Part shown: positions 9,143 through 22,779 of the stretch, one piece after another
How positions within the stretch are numbered: the first letter of the stretch is position 1
Layout: each line of letters begins with the position of its first letter
Assembly: GCA_028534125.1 (NCBI GenBank)
Contig: CM052833.1
Coordinates: 19,034,001-19,098,000, forward strand
Origin: Lama glama
Lineage: Eukaryota
Direction: 5' to 3'
Length of the DNA: 64,000 nt
The notes under the pieces: model-generated
Database searches by the model: none
Told to the model about the DNA's origin: nothing
The model's input: the letters and a program-made list of their open reading frames with translations, nothing else
Made by a program: the position numbers and the translations under genes

Positions 9143-11935
9143 AAAAATAAAATTATAATTCATCCTAGGAACAAAATGTAGAATAAAATGAATTGTTTGG
9201 TGCATGCCAACCCCAGCAATAAAAAAAGAGAGTCATACACTTAGCTTTTTATTTCTTCACTTCTATGATTTTTTTTATATTTGCCAGACATGCATATGTT
9301 ACAAAATTTGTCAACAGTAACAAAAAGTAACTGAAGATGATAGCTAGCTTTTTAACGTCTCACAAATTTTTCATGAGCAATCCCAACATAATTGTTCGTA
9401 ACATGTGCACTAAATAGACGTAAGTGGGATAAAAGTTTCTAAAGAAATTTTCAATGATAATTGGATTTTATAATCTGCCTGCTTAAAAATAGTTTTCAAA
9501 ACCTTTTTGGGACCTTAAAACCTTAAAGTTATACTAGGTTAAATGATAGACATTTGTTGACTATCTAGATCGTTCCTAAATAAGATAAAATACTGGAATA
9601 TTAACTACTAAACCTGAAAGTTTAACTTACCTACTTTTGATTTCTTATTTTTAGAAAGAATCGAAAGATACTTGGGTCTGTTACTACATGCTATTTTGTC
9701 CCATTGAAAATTTGTACTCTACAGAAACATGCCTCTAAACATTGTGACACGGTGTGTGTTGAGCTGGTTTCAGTCTATCGGTAGTGACGTTGCTGGCTAG
9801 GAATCCAGGGGGCGCTCACCTGGGCCCATCCTGCCTGCGGCAGCCCCCGCGGACATCTCCCTGACCAGGGTCAGCGTCGCCGCTGGACAGCAATGTTGTG
9901 GAGGGAAGAGGGCTTCTTAATTATAATTGCAGGACGCACCTCAGCAACAACCATCAGGGAACTTTGAAAAATCAACTTTTTTTTTTTAAAGAAGTAGTGA
10001 AGGTGCCCAGGTTGTGAACTAACCAGACTCGGGCCAATTAGCTCACGAAGGGATGGAAGGACTATTCCCAATGTCCCCAGCAGGTGGCGCGAGCTGCCCT
10101 CTGCTGAGATGAGACTTCTCCCCCGGGCTCCGTTCAGTATCAACGAAGGCTTCCCCTTCATCTGATGGTGGAAACAGGAGACGGGAACCAGGGAAGGGGT
10201 GGGGGCAGGAGAGAAGCTGCTCAGGAGGGCTGCAGGAGCCCCGAAGGACGGAAGACAAAGGCTGCAGGCCTTTAAACTTACTTCTCACGTTACACTGTTT
10301 TAAACTGTGCTTTGACCTCGCCAATAATATTGTTCCATTGACATCATTTTGGGCTCTGAAAGAGTTAAGAATTCTTCCAAGACAGAGTTTTAAATTAGGT
10401 CCTGAAGGACAACAAAGTACCAGGAATCAGGACGTCTGAAGTCGTTTTTGTTAGGTGGCAGGATGACTGCCGAAGGGCTCATCACGGAGAAAACCTTCCC
10501 CCAACACCCCAAGGACACCTCAGGAAAGGGGCGGTTGCTGGGGGGCGCCGGGATCTGCGGTTCTGCTGCCGCGCCGGTCACTTGCGAGCACCCCGAGCCT
10601 CCTGCTCACGGTCTGGGCTCGAGGCTACGCGGTTTTACTGCACGACCAACAGCAGCGTGGAAAGCATTTATGTCTCTGGGCAGGAGATAACCCTCCTGGG
10701 GAAGGCAGGGGACATGATATGTTATCATTGGAATCATCTTCAAAATCTGGGGCAGAAAGTAGAAGTCTGTGAGTCAAGTTCCTGCACATCTGTCCTCACA
10801 AGTTTCCCAAGAAATGGGACTTGGGAGTGTTCAGGTCTGTGACTAATTTCCAGTGAATAGCTGACCTGCCCCCACCCCCACCCCAGAAAGATGGTGGCCA
10901 CAGAAACTTCCAAATAACAAAGTTTTTATGTCACCCAAGTTGGGGACAATTTGTTATGCAGAAATGGATACCTTCTAAGATGCCCCCACACAGATAGCAC
11001 GATAGCCAACTTAGAAGTCTGACATTTCAAGATCTGCTGTCGCTGTGGAGACGGGAAAGAGGCCGACGCAGAGGAGTTAGCCCTGAATCACCCTCTGGTC
11101 AGGATCCTGCCAGGAGAGAAGCCACACCAGTCACTCCAACGGATAGACTGTGATACAAAGAATCATTCACTAGGAAAGATGTTCACTGGACGACCAGATG
11201 TCAGCAAGAGCTGCTCCTTGGAACAAAAGAAAAAAGTTGGAGGAGGGTCTGGGACGCGTGTCTTGGGTGCTCTGAGGCTGCTTCTGAGAGTGTTGGGGAA
11301 AATCACTAGACTCAACTGGATTGCTGCTGGAGGGCACTGCGAGTGTGAGGGATGCGGGGTACTGTAAGTCGCCCTGCCTGTGCCAGCCAGGCTATTTTAA
11401 AATTCTCTCCTCTTGAGAGCCTCAAACTAAGTGTATGGGGGGGGGTCGGCCACCTCAGCCCAGCTCCTGCCTGCCCCAGACCCGGGAGGAGAGAACCACC
11501 CCCAGACCACAAAGGAGCCGCTCCCACCAAGCCCAGTTCACTTCCTCCAGGCCTGGCCTGGCCACCTTCCTCCCGCAATCTCCCAATCTCCTGGGAGAGG
11601 TGGCCCCTCCCCAGGACTGAGTGGCCCGTGGCCTCACTCAGGGCCGGGGTCTGCCTGGAGGCTTCCCCATTATGGGCCGAGGGCTCACAAGACTTGCCTA
11701 TGGGATTCCCGGCGTCTGTCCCCCCTCCCCAGTTGGTCACCCACCCAGGGCCCTGGGGTCAGCTGCCGGCTTGGACCACAGCCCTGGGTAGCCCAGGCCA
11801 GCCGCCACCCGGACGGGCCCACGAGCAGCTTCCAGGCACCCCCCAGGCACAGATCTCACCAATGGCACAAAGTCGGACTTAAAACCAGTTGGTGAAGAAA
11901 CTACCAGCAATGCGTTTTCTCCAGGAAGGAGAGCG

Positions 11936-12110
11936 CGGGGGAGGAGTTGTGGGGAGGGGCCACGGGGAGGGGAGGGGCCACAGGGGGAGGGGATGAGGGG
12001 AGGGGACACAGAGGAGGGGCAGGGGACACAGAGGAGGGGCAGGGGACACGGGGGAGGGGCAGGGGACACGGGGGAAGGGACACGGGGCAGGGGACATGGG
12101 GCAGGGGCAG
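11936..12110 (+). repeat. G-rich purine minisatellite (~20-bp unit aggggacacagaggaggggc)
   Basis: About 4 near-perfect units at 12001-12075 with degenerate G-rich flanks. Confidence 0.85.
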
Positions 12111-13266
12111 GCTTATCACACACACGCCAGTTCTGCCTTTAGGATTTCACGTCACATGCAAAATTGTTCAAATTTTAAAAATAAAATCTTGCTTTTTCAT
12201 CTGGGACCGGCTGCAGGAGCATGTTCAGTTGGTGGGAATTCAGTGAGTTCTCCGTCGGGTTACGTGTACTTTTCTGACTGTACTTCATATTAAAGTTCTC
12301 AGAAACTAAGCCTTGGGGAGGAACAGAGTGCAGCTCTCGTGGTCCCAGGGACATGTGCGCTTGGGAAGCCACCCAGGTGTGCTTGGAGGGGCTGACCAGC
12401 TCAGGTGGCCTCGGCCCTCCTGTAAGCTGTCCCATCTCTTGGGCTTGGAGCACCCCCAACCCGTCCATTCTGAGCACATTCCTGCTTTCTCACCCTCCAG
12501 CAAAGGTGGGCTCGATAGCATTTCTATTTCAACGGAAAATCATTCGTAGCCATTCGATGCTCCCTGTGTCCCTGGTCCCTGCCCTCCGTCGCAGGTGTTC
12601 TCCCTGTTGGGATTCCGGCTACAGCACTCCGGTCAGGGTTACGTGGAGGAGGGGGCCTCTTCTGCTCCCAGGGTCAGCTCAGGAATAGTCAGTGCTGACA
12701 CCAGGCCCTGAGAGCAAGCCGGCGTCCTGCTGGCACTGGAATGCAATTCCCGAGGGGCGGGGCTCCCGGGGCCGGCACAGAGCCTGGCTCGCAAACTCCT
12801 GGAACTGATGTTTCCCAATGAGCTGAGCCCAAAGTGACCGGGAGGGCCTGGACCAGCTGTCCCCTCCACCCCCAGGGCGCAGACACTACAGCACTGACAA
12901 TGCCAAGACAAAAAGCAAAGTGTCAGGCAGTACAGGGTGGGTTACTGCCACTGGTGAACAGTTTGACACTCACGCCTGATAGTCCTGAACCTCTTGTTGA
13001 CTTTGATGCTAGGGCAGACTTACAGCGCAGTTACACGGTCGGTTTCCCATCTCTAACCAAACAGAGTGTGGTTGTTGGCAGATGAACCTGAACAGTGGCC
13101 GATGAGGCACATAAGGATTTTGAAGAGCTGGTGTAAGACTGCAGCCGGCAGAGGAGTCCAGGAGGAGGCAGGGGCACCTTTGTGTAACAGAAAGGCTAGG
13201 TGGTGTGATGTGATGGAATGGTTTGGGGAAGTAACCTACAATGTGGCACATCAAAGCTGGCGAGAA

Positions 13267-13362
13267 GGGAGGGAACTGCTCCATGGCAGAGTCCATGCTC
13301 AGCGTGCTCGAGGTCCTGGGTTCCATCCCCAGCACCCCCATTACACAAACAAACAAATAAAA
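13267..13362 (+). mobile_element. Camelid-type tRNA-derived SINE (diverged)
   Basis: 'gggagggaactgctccatggcagagtccatgctcagcgtgctcgaggtcctgggttccatccccagcacc' plus an aaac/aaat tail. Confidence 0.8.
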
Positions 13363-16300
13363 GGTGGAGAGAGGATGAGGATGGGGTCTGTCAGACAAGC
13401 TAGAAGCTGGCAGCAGAAAATGAGGGAAATAGATCAAGACTGCTTTAAACAAAAAGCAGTCAGTAAAGACAGGGGTAAATTAGATAAAACTTGAACTCAG
13501 GGTATTTACTAAAATGGCATAAATCAGTGTCGCCTCCCCAGGGCGCCTCAGCTGCGGTCACTCGTAGCAGTTGATTCTGTATCTTGGGGAAAATAAAAGT
13601 CAGCCGACCACTTGCTTTGCTGTGAAAGATACGGGATATTTCAAGCACCCTGCTTAAACAAGGGGCTCCCGTGGGCTAAACCGTGACAATTTTGCATTAA
13701 AAAGAGAATAATCACTGTGTGGAAATCCACCCCTCTCTCGTGGCCTCACAACGAGCTGCGCTAAAGGCAAGCTGTGTGGAATGTTCCAATAATAGCTTTG
13801 GGAAATGGCGCGTGTGGATCACCCCTGAGTGTACGCCCGCTGCGAGTCTTGTTTGACACTAAAGTCATGGAGAGATGGTTTGCATGTACAGCAGTGATGC
13901 TGGGCTCCTGGGGACGGGCCACCAGGAGCGGGAGGTACGGGCGGGGTGGGGGTTAACTGTAATCAGAGAAAAAGAATCGGAGAAAAAAGAATGAGTTACC
14001 AGGTGGCAAGGAGTTTCTTCCTTGGGGGCTGGGGGTCCCGGCCTCGCCCGCTGGGCCTCTGCTCCAGCGCGGAGACCCCACACCTGCTCTCTGCAGGCCC
14101 GGGGCCTGGGATGCGAGGCCCTGTCCCTGGGCTGGGTGAGCACGTTTTTAACTCTGAGATGAAGAAAGCAGTCAAGCCTGCATCGTATGGGACTAGAGTA
14201 CGTTGTGTTTACGTAGTCGTGGTAACAAGTGTTCCAGTCACTGTGCTGTTTTTTGTCTGCTTTGACTGCTGTTGGAATGTTTGGTGTGGTCAGGGCTCCT
14301 GATTTGCTGGTTTTGGAGTCTGATTTATCAGATGGACGAAAGCGTCCCGGGGACGGCGGGATTTTGCCCACGAGGATCATAAACGTGCCCAGTAGAAGTG
14401 TGAAAGAATTAGCTATGACATTCGTAATTACAGCTCGAACTAAGGTCATTTAGTCAAGATTAGAAATACCGCTGTTTGAGGGAACTTAACCTGTCACATC
14501 CACACACAAGCGGACCACTGGTCACAGACGCGGGGTAGTTGACTTTCTAACATCAGGCGTTCGAGTAGATGAGCAAGATTTATACCCTGAACGTAAAGGT
14601 TGAAGAACATTTAGTTTTGAATTTTGTAACTTTAGTTCAATAAGTGTTGTTAAAAGCCACCAGCTTCTTTCCTTTTCTGAGCATACTGCCCCCTCCCCAC
14701 CGAACACGGATGGACAGGCCTCTGGCCACAGATTAGGAAATGCAGGCCCTCCCTCCAGCCACAGAGAAGGCCAAAGCTCCTTCTCCCTAACAGCCGCGTG
14801 GTCGTTTCCTGATGAGGAATCTTGTGAAGTATTCATGGAACAACAGTGTTCTCCAGTGGGTGTTCTCCCCCGTAAAGGGGCGTCTTGAGCGTGATCTTCA
14901 GTTCTTGGAAAAGCTCACGAGTCTTGGAAGTTCTGGGGCTTCTTACCAACGACTTGTTTTTCTCCTCCCCTCAGGCAAGGATGAAGGGCCGCCCTCCCTG
15001 GGCCCCACCAATTCTTCCAGTCTTTGTCAAGCGAAGGCTCATGACAGGCCCCCCGGGGACCAGCCCTTTGCCGAGGTTCCCACATTCCTGGATTCCACAT
15101 ATTGGCAGTGGCTCAAAAAAATTTTCTTTTGCTGACCTACATAGATTTGTCAACCATTTACGTGGCCAAGTGAGAGGGAAAAACAAAACAAAACAAAACC
15201 TGCCACCTCCCATCAGAATCATTTTATTACAGAAACGACATTTTGACATCAAAATGCAGAAAGGAAGTGACTTCGGCTCAGGGCACTTTTTCACAGGAAA
15301 TACACTTAGCTGAGTGGAAATCTCCCCGATTCGTCCATGTTACTTTGGTGTGGGTGTGACCGTCTCTGCGGGCAGACCAGCGCCCAGCCAGGGATGACGG
15401 CCCAGCACTAGGCCGTGTGCGGCGGTCCTGCCCCATCGCACCCACGCCGACGCTGTGCCCACACGGCCAGGCTCTGTCTCCCACTGCCCGTTGGGCACGG
15501 TGGCCCTGCTCCTCCGTCCACCTCCACCAGTCCAGCCCCGGCTGCCTGGCCTCCTTGCCTCCAAGTGGGCAGAAGTCTTAGCCTCAATCTCTCCAAAGCA
15601 TCTGTGCTCCTTGACTAATGTGCTTTCAAATTAGTAGTAAGTCAGCATCACTTTTGCCTCCAGAGTTGTCACAGGGCCAATCACAAGCCCAAAGACCTCA
15701 CCCCTCCCTCCTGCAGGGGCCAGCGGGGAGGGGAGTGCCCGTGTCCAAAAAGAGAAGGGCCACTGTGCGCTCCTGGGAGGACACTTAGAGGGATTGCCCC
15801 GTGTCCATCGTGTTTCCCAAAGAGAATGCGAAAAAGCACTTTCCGTGTGTAAAAACACCTCCTACTCTCAGACCACACGCACTCTCCACGTGATGCCGAG
15901 GCGGGCGCCCTGCGGACACGGCTCCCTTGGCCAGCTGGCTCCAGGTCAGCGCTGCCTGGGGGGGCGTGGGGAGGAGACCGGAGGCCGGAGGAGGGAGCGG
16001 GCCGCCTGCCGGCTGTTCTTGTCCACGTCGCTCCGGCTCTTCTCCCCTCCCTGGGGTGGCAGAGGTGGCCGCACCGGCGGGCAGCTGCCTGGCCTCCAGG
16101 GCCCGCTGGGCTCCCAGCCCCACGGCGCCCCTCCCAGCTGGCGGGTGCGGCCACCCCAGCCCCGAGGGTGGGCGCGCTCCTGCCCTCACCACCTCTGCTG
16201 CCTCCGTTTTCTGCTTCTGCCTTTTCCTCTGCTTAGCCAATTTCTTATATTCGGTTCTCCCTGTTGAAACACCCGGGGCTATTTCTGTGGTCCTGACCCG

Positions 16301-17030
16301 ACGTGACTGACATCAGGCTGGGTGTGATGATCCCAGGCTGCGGGTGGGACTGACACGAGTGTGTGGGACCTTGAACGCAGGGCCAGCTCCTTGCAGACCA
16401 AACGTGGCCCACACGTGGCCCGTGGCACACGGAGGCGTCGCTCTTCGATGGTCACCCCACTCGCTCTGAAGCGTCCACTGGCGCGGCCACGGCCCGTGAC
16501 TGTTCCAGCAGCAATGAACATTCCCAGTGGTGGGCGGGTTCCTTCCTGCAGGAGCACAACCAGGCCTGCAGGCGTGTTGGAGAAGGAATCCAGCATCCGA
16601 GGGCCTGGCTAGAGGAGTGGAGATTACATTTCCTGCAAACTGATCAGCACTTTCCTTCCGGCTTGAGTGTGTGTGAGAAAGGCCATTCTGAAATACCAAA
16701 CGCCTCTGAGTGTGCACTTTATTACTTCACTGTAATGTAGCAACTGAAAGCCAGAAAACTAATGTGCGTCTGGGCTCGGGGTGCCTGCTATGAAATGCAA
16801 CTGGAAGTAACTTCTCCAGAGCTGGTCCCACAGGCTGATTCTTGGAGTGGGACGCGACCTTGGGTCCCCTCACTGGCAGGCGGCCAGCCGCGTGGGCTCC
16901 AGGCCCCCGGAGGTGTGCCCTCCTCCGTGGCCCATCCCAGTGGACAGGAGCTTGGACTGGGAGAACTTCCGGATTCTGAGCACAGTCGCCTCGTGGTAAC
17001 TTCCTACCGTCGGTCCCAGTTTCGTCCCGA

Positions 17031-17086
17031 GAGCTCCGTAAGCTAATTCTACCTCCGCGAGCTCCGTAAGCCAATTCTACCTCCGC
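17031..17086 (+). repeat. 28-bp tandem duplication
   Basis: gagctccgtaagc(t/c)aattctacctccgc twice, with one mismatch. Confidence 0.9.
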
Positions 17087-18247
17087 GGAGGGTCCAGGAT
17101 TAGCAGCAATAACAGCACTCGGTCTGGGGGTCTCTCTTTCAGGAAGTAAGAATAACAGTTCCGACAAACACGAGATGAGGTTGACGGCTTTGAGGAGGCC
17201 TGCGTAGGGGGGGCCAGAAGCTTCTGTCTGATTAGAGCAAATCCCCCTCTCCTGAGGATCCTCCATGTCACCTCGTCCCCCACCACGCAGAGAGGTCCTC
17301 CCTTCTCCACGACAAGCATCCTCGACTCAGCCACTTGTGTCCTTGGACGTGTTCTGGGCTGTCGGTGACCCCCCTAAACAGCAGTGTGTGAATGTGAGCA
17401 GCTCCAAGAGGCACAGTGGGCGGCACGTGCCCTCTGTGGAGCTCAGAGATGCCGTCAATCACATGTTGAAGTAATAACTTCCAGAGCGTGCCAACAGCAG
17501 AACAGGACACCCCGGAGCACGGCTGGATGACAACCCACGCGGCCCCAAATGTCAGGGAGTCTGACCCACGCTCATCAGCCCCGGGCCGCGCTCCACACCC
17601 GTGCCCTGTGCATCACTCTCTCTCAGACCACAGGGGAGGGGTTTACACTGACCCCAGTCACATCTTCCTCCCCCAAGCCGTCCACAAGACTCCTGGAGGC
17701 CTCATTCTATCAGCCACCATGAACTACCTCTCTTGGCTTTGGCATCTCAAAACTGACACGTGCTTCTAAAATCATCACGTGCCTCCTAGACTCAAAGACA
17801 AAGAACAGCGAATCATTGCACAATGTGACTTGGTCTGCATCCAGTGGGCGTGCCGCGCCCGGGGGCTGGGGAGGGAGGAGGGGCCGCGTGGAAAAGTACT
17901 GGATGCTGAGTCAGAGTGGAGAAGGGCGTCTTCAAGGCCCCCGGACGAGGTGGTCTTGGCAGAAGCCTCGAGAAAGGCCACACTGGAGGCACCTCCCTGC
18001 AAAAGGAGGCCTGGGGTGGAGGTGCGGGTGGGCCAGACACCAAATGAGCCCCAGAGCATGGCTGGGGGTGGGGGTTGTCCGGGCCTTGGACTGAACTCCC
18101 TCCAGAAAACAGCCCTGTGCTTGCTGGCTGGCTGCGCAGGTGTAAGGTGGGGAGGGCACACCCCACCCTTGGGAGGCCAGGTCTGAAACATCACACGTGG
18201 ATTTTTGGCCTGGAAGCCTGACTCCTCAGACTATAGTTAAAATGGGA

Positions 18248-18455
18248 CAGGATTTCTCACCCTCAGCGTTATTGTCATTTGGGATTGGACAACCGTTTGC
18301 TCTGGTGCCAGAGCGTGGGGTCCTGTGCACTGGGGGATGTTTGGCAGTTTCCCTGCCGGCATCCACCAGGTGCGAGAAGCTGTGACAGCCCAAAGTGTCT
18401 CCAGATGTCGCCAAATGTCCCCTGGGGGCAGCACCGCCTGGTCGATGACACGGAG
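18248..18455. mobile_element. MER20-like hAT DNA transposon
   Basis: 'caggatttctcaccctcagc...tcctgtgcactgggggatgtttggcag...tgtgacagcccaaagtgtctccagatgtcgccaaatgtcccctggggg' follows the MER20 pattern. Confidence 0.8.
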
Positions 18456-20749
18456 GCAGAGGAACCCCAGCTTCTCAGAATTCTGTGTGTGTCAATCTAC
18501 TTCTGTGTTTTTGGCATCACCCTGGGAGGGTCTCCTCTGCCTGAGACCACCTTTCTCTCCTTTTCCGTTTGTGGCTCCTCTAGGAAGCCCTCCCCAGTCG
18601 CGCTGCACCCACCCCCAGAGCCCACCCTGTCTTTCGCACGGCTTGTGCACCGAACACACGCTTCCAGTACGACTGCCTCAGTCTCTCCGCCACACATCAC
18701 TCTGGTGCTTAATCGGCACACGGTCAACGCAGAGGACAGTGGCTCTACACGACGGGGGACAAGAACCGGGGCTGAGGGAAACACAGGGCCTGGAAACCAG
18801 CAGAAGAGCCTTCCCAAGAGAAGCAGCGCTGAGAATCCAAGCAGGGAAATGATGGAGACAGTCCCCCGAGGGCAGCTTTCGGAAGGTGCTGGCGACATGT
18901 TGGGCGCAGTTTAGTGGGTGACAGAGGTGAGGACCCTTTCAAGGAGTCAGACCAGGTGGGAACGGTGGTGATCTGCCAGGTGCAAGGTCAACCAGGGACA
19001 TTTAAGAAGAGAGAGGGCAGCGTGCTGACGGTGGCTCAGGAAGGGAGGAACAGTCGTGGGGGTGCTGTGGGGAGCAGACACCCCAGGGACAGAGGCCACT
19101 GATGAAGTCAGGCCCGGAGGAGAACCCAGGGACCCGCCGGGGCACACAGGAGGAGCAGCGCCCCTGCCCCCGAAACTCCAGGGCACGGGTCCGGGAAGGC
19201 ACTGTGCCACGGGGCACAGGGAGGAGGGCCAGCCTCTAGTGAAACAGGGGGCGGTGTGGGGTGGGGGAAGGCTCGCTGGAGGAAGTCAGGAAATGACACC
19301 GAACGTGCACTCCCTGTGCGCCCGGATTTTACTCGTTTTTCACTTACCTCCCCCGAACAACCCGTGAAGCTGGTGTTACATCCAGTTTACAGATGGGCCT
19401 GTGAGCACAGAGAGGTGCCTGGAACCCCATCTCCTCCTGGGAACCTGTAGGAAGCCCGGGCCCCTGCCTGCAGGTTTTCTTCTGCAAGACACCAGCTTGA
19501 GGAAGGGTCACCAGCCAAGGAGAAGACCAGGCTGGGAGCGTCCCAGAGCCAGTGGTGCTGAGACCTGGAGGGGCCCGGGGTGGAGGGAGAAACAAGCAGG
19601 AGAGGCCGGCAGGGCCGGCCCCTCATCTCAGCATCAATCAGGGCAGCCCGGGCAAGGGCCAGGGGCCAGGGGCCCCTCCCAAGGCCATGCCCCCTCTGCA
19701 TGGCTCTGCCTAGGGGAAGGGGGACAGCCCAAAGCTGAACTGATTGAATCTTAAACTTGAAATGTTGGAAAAATCACCGACAGGTCTGAGCTGTCCTGGA
19801 ACTAAGTAGATTCAGTTTTCTACCATCAGGCAGGAGGGGAAGCCAGACAGAATTCGGTTATGGGGAAAGAGAGCGTTGCAGGCAGTACCTTGGAGTCTCG
19901 GATTGCGAAACACCGTCTGCTCTCCGGGTATCACTCATCTCAGGAAGGTCACCACAAAGACTGTCAGATGCTCAGAACTAAAAATAGCAGAACTTTAGTT
20001 TATGACTGAGGCCTGGCAGGTGAGAGTCTGAGAGAACGAAGGTGGCTCCCACGATCGATGTCCAATTTCACTGTCTCCAAAATCTGCAACTGTGGCATCC
20101 CCCTGCACAGAACCGTGGGAAGGAGTGAGCGGAGGGTGTAGCAAAGAGCAGAGGAGTCCTGGAAGAGCCTTGTCACGTTCTGAAGGCAGCGCAGCTGCTG
20201 GATTCTGAGGGAACGTCCCTGCGGCCCCACTCAGCAGGAGGGGCGGTGACCACACGTTAACCCCTTCCGCAATGGGCAGTCCTGCTGTGCTCGCGAGGTT
20301 TTCCCCCAGCAGGAAAGGGCACCACCAGTTTCACAGTGGAAACCGACGAAGTAGCCCTGCGGGGACATCGGACGGACACCCCTGCTGGATGTCCACCCCT
20401 GATGGACACCCGGAGCCGGGCTTCGCGGGGACTTGTGGGATGTTCTTGTTGCAGGGCCCACATGTGCTGGGTGCCATTTAAATACCCAGCCCCTGTGGGT
20501 CATCAGCTGTCTGACAGTTCAGGGGCAGGTGTGGCTCTGGCTAATTCCACTTAGGGCGTGAGTGACCCTGAGCAGCTGGCCGGGGGCTGGGTGGTGGGCA
20601 GAAGGCTTCTCTCGCTGTCCTGTCCTGGAGGGCCGCTCCTGACCATCCTCTACAAGGCTCTTGGCTCTGAAGAGCTCCTAAGTGTGGGGGTGCACAGGGC
20701 ACCCTCTCAGCTCTCAGTGGTATCAGGGCTGCCGTGACAGTCCCAGAGG

Positions 20750-20845
20750 CTCATAGTTCTGGAGGCCGGAAGTCCGAGATCAAGATGTCCACAAGATGGG
20801 TTTCCCCTGAGGGTCCTCTCCTTGGCTTGTAGATGGCTGTGCTGC
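20750..20845 (-). mobile_element. MaLR LTR fragment (MLT1A-like)
   Basis: 'tcatagttctggaggccggaagtccgagatcaagatgtcc...ctctccttggcttgtagatggctgt'. Confidence 0.7.
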
Positions 20846-22004
20846 AGGTGCTCGAGGCCTGGCAGATCCACTCGGGTTTCAGGCAGACAGACGAGCACTC
20901 GCCGGGCCGTGGGCGTCTCTGACGTGCCTTTACTGCCGGGGAGCACACAGGCTCCATGGCAGCGGTGGTGGCAAGTCCCTTATACACCAAGGCTGACAAA
21001 GCCACCTACGACCTGTGGCCAACCAGTGCACTTGCGTAGGGCAAGTCACGCTCAAGTAACACCACAGGGGCGCTGCGCACGGGGTGGCGCGACCCAGCCC
21101 CGGGCACCGGATGTCTGGCAGTGGCTCCGTTCTCCCCACAGTGGCTTCTCCCACTGCGTGTCAACGCCCGCCTTCCCTCTTCTGTAAGGACACCAGGCCC
21201 ACCCTAACAGCCACTTTAACTTTGGCACCCTCTAAAGGCCACATACAGCCACCTTCCCAGGGGCATTCACACACAGTTCAGGTCACACACACCAGCTTTC
21301 CACACATGAGGCCAAGAATGATCAGACATCGTCCCAGGCCCACGACTGGGGTTCGGATGAGAGGAAGCAAACAGCACACTCGCCCAACGCCCAGATCAGC
21401 CGTCTTGGCCCTGGGGAACAGGGTCAGGTTTCAAAGTAATCAGGGAAGCTAAGGCAGAGGTAGGAGAAATGGAAACTTCGTTTGGCGTTTTGTTTCTTTA
21501 GGCTCTGCCTTGTCCCAGAGAGGACATGAGGGGGGAAAGCCCCAGATTACCAAGGACAGGAGGGGGAGGAGCAAAGGAGACCATCTGTGCCCCCCCTCTG
21601 TCCCCAGGAGGGCACGTGCATGTTGCTCCCTGGTGACCAGAGCGCCACCCAGCCTGCACCCTCGGGTGGGGGTGGGAGGGGGCAGTTAGGAAGTTGTTCT
21701 TCAGGCCAAGCCCAGTGCTCTCGGGGCTACCAAACTTACCGCGGTTCCCCAGGGAGAGAGGCAGCCAGCGGACCAGCACGCAGGGCCTTACAGTGAAGAG
21801 CTACCTGCCGTTTCCTCAGAGTCACCACTAGCGCGGGGGAGATTTGGATAATCCACGAGAAAAGGCTGATTTCGGTGTTCAGTGGTTACTGGTATTCATT
21901 TAGCACCTGTTCCTGGAAGGGTGCACTGGTGGGCATGTCTCTGATAATGGCAGCAAACGCACGAGCCAGGCATGTGTATATGAACCCACATGCTAGTTAC
22001 AGAG

Positions 22005-22112
22005 CCCTTTTACAGCTGAGGGAACTGAGGCAAAAGGGGCTACTTGTAGCTTGCTCAAATGCACACAGCGGGGAGAGAACGAGGCCAATATTTTAACTCA
22101 GGACAATCTGGG
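22005..22112. mobile_element. MIR SINE fragment
   Basis: MIR core 'ttttacagctgagggaactgaggc...cttgctcaaatgcacacagc...ttttaactcagg'. Confidence 0.6.
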
Positions 22113-22779
22113 GGCTGCAAACTGCACACTAGGTAAACCACAAGTTAGTGGTTAAAACTACGTGATTCTGTCTTAAGATATTTGGAAGTTAGGTAAGAAA
22201 GTTACAGAGGCAACTTCTCTAGCTGTCCCCAACAGGGAGTGGAGGGGAAGTGTTCAGAAAGCGAGCTGAGAAGAGGCCAGAGAGACATGTCTTAACTTCC
22301 CAGTTCTGTTCAGTGTTGCGACCTATCTCTAATGATAACCTGCCACGAAGATCAACAGCGGAATACATCTAATTCTGAAATGCAGCATTCAGAGCAGCCT
22401 CAAGCGTTTTCAGAAACCAACTCCCTGCTTGAAAATCATGAAAAACGGGAACAGGAAGGAAACCTGCCCTCAGCTGCCCCAGACCCGGGGCGGTGAGTGG
22501 GGGCACCCGAGGCAATTCGCCGTTTAGTTCTCCCCCGTGTAGGGCGAGGAGGCAGGACGCGAGACCACAGCCCTGGCCCGCTCTGGCCCCCTAATCCCCG
22601 CTTGTGGTTCGTAATTTTCATCTGGCCGGCACGTACACCCAAAGCTTCCCTACAAGGGGGGGGGGTGTCACGGACGAAGGCTGCCGTGTAAACAGGGCCC
22701 CTGTTGGGGTGCGTGCACCGCTCCCGAGGCTTCCCTGACCCGGGGCTGCAGGGCAGCTCCACGCGGGTCAGCCCCTGTC

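Larger units (their letters stand above)
6263..9750 (+). mobile_element. Degraded ERV internal region starting with a tRNA-Arg-like primer binding site; contains nested LTRs
   Basis: tggcgatcacaaaagggc (6263-6280) vs Arg PBS TGGCGACCACGAAGGGAC, 14/18 identical. Leader-like sequence then AT-rich non-coding sequence; no gag/pol/env ORF. Right end approximate. Confidence 0.5.
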
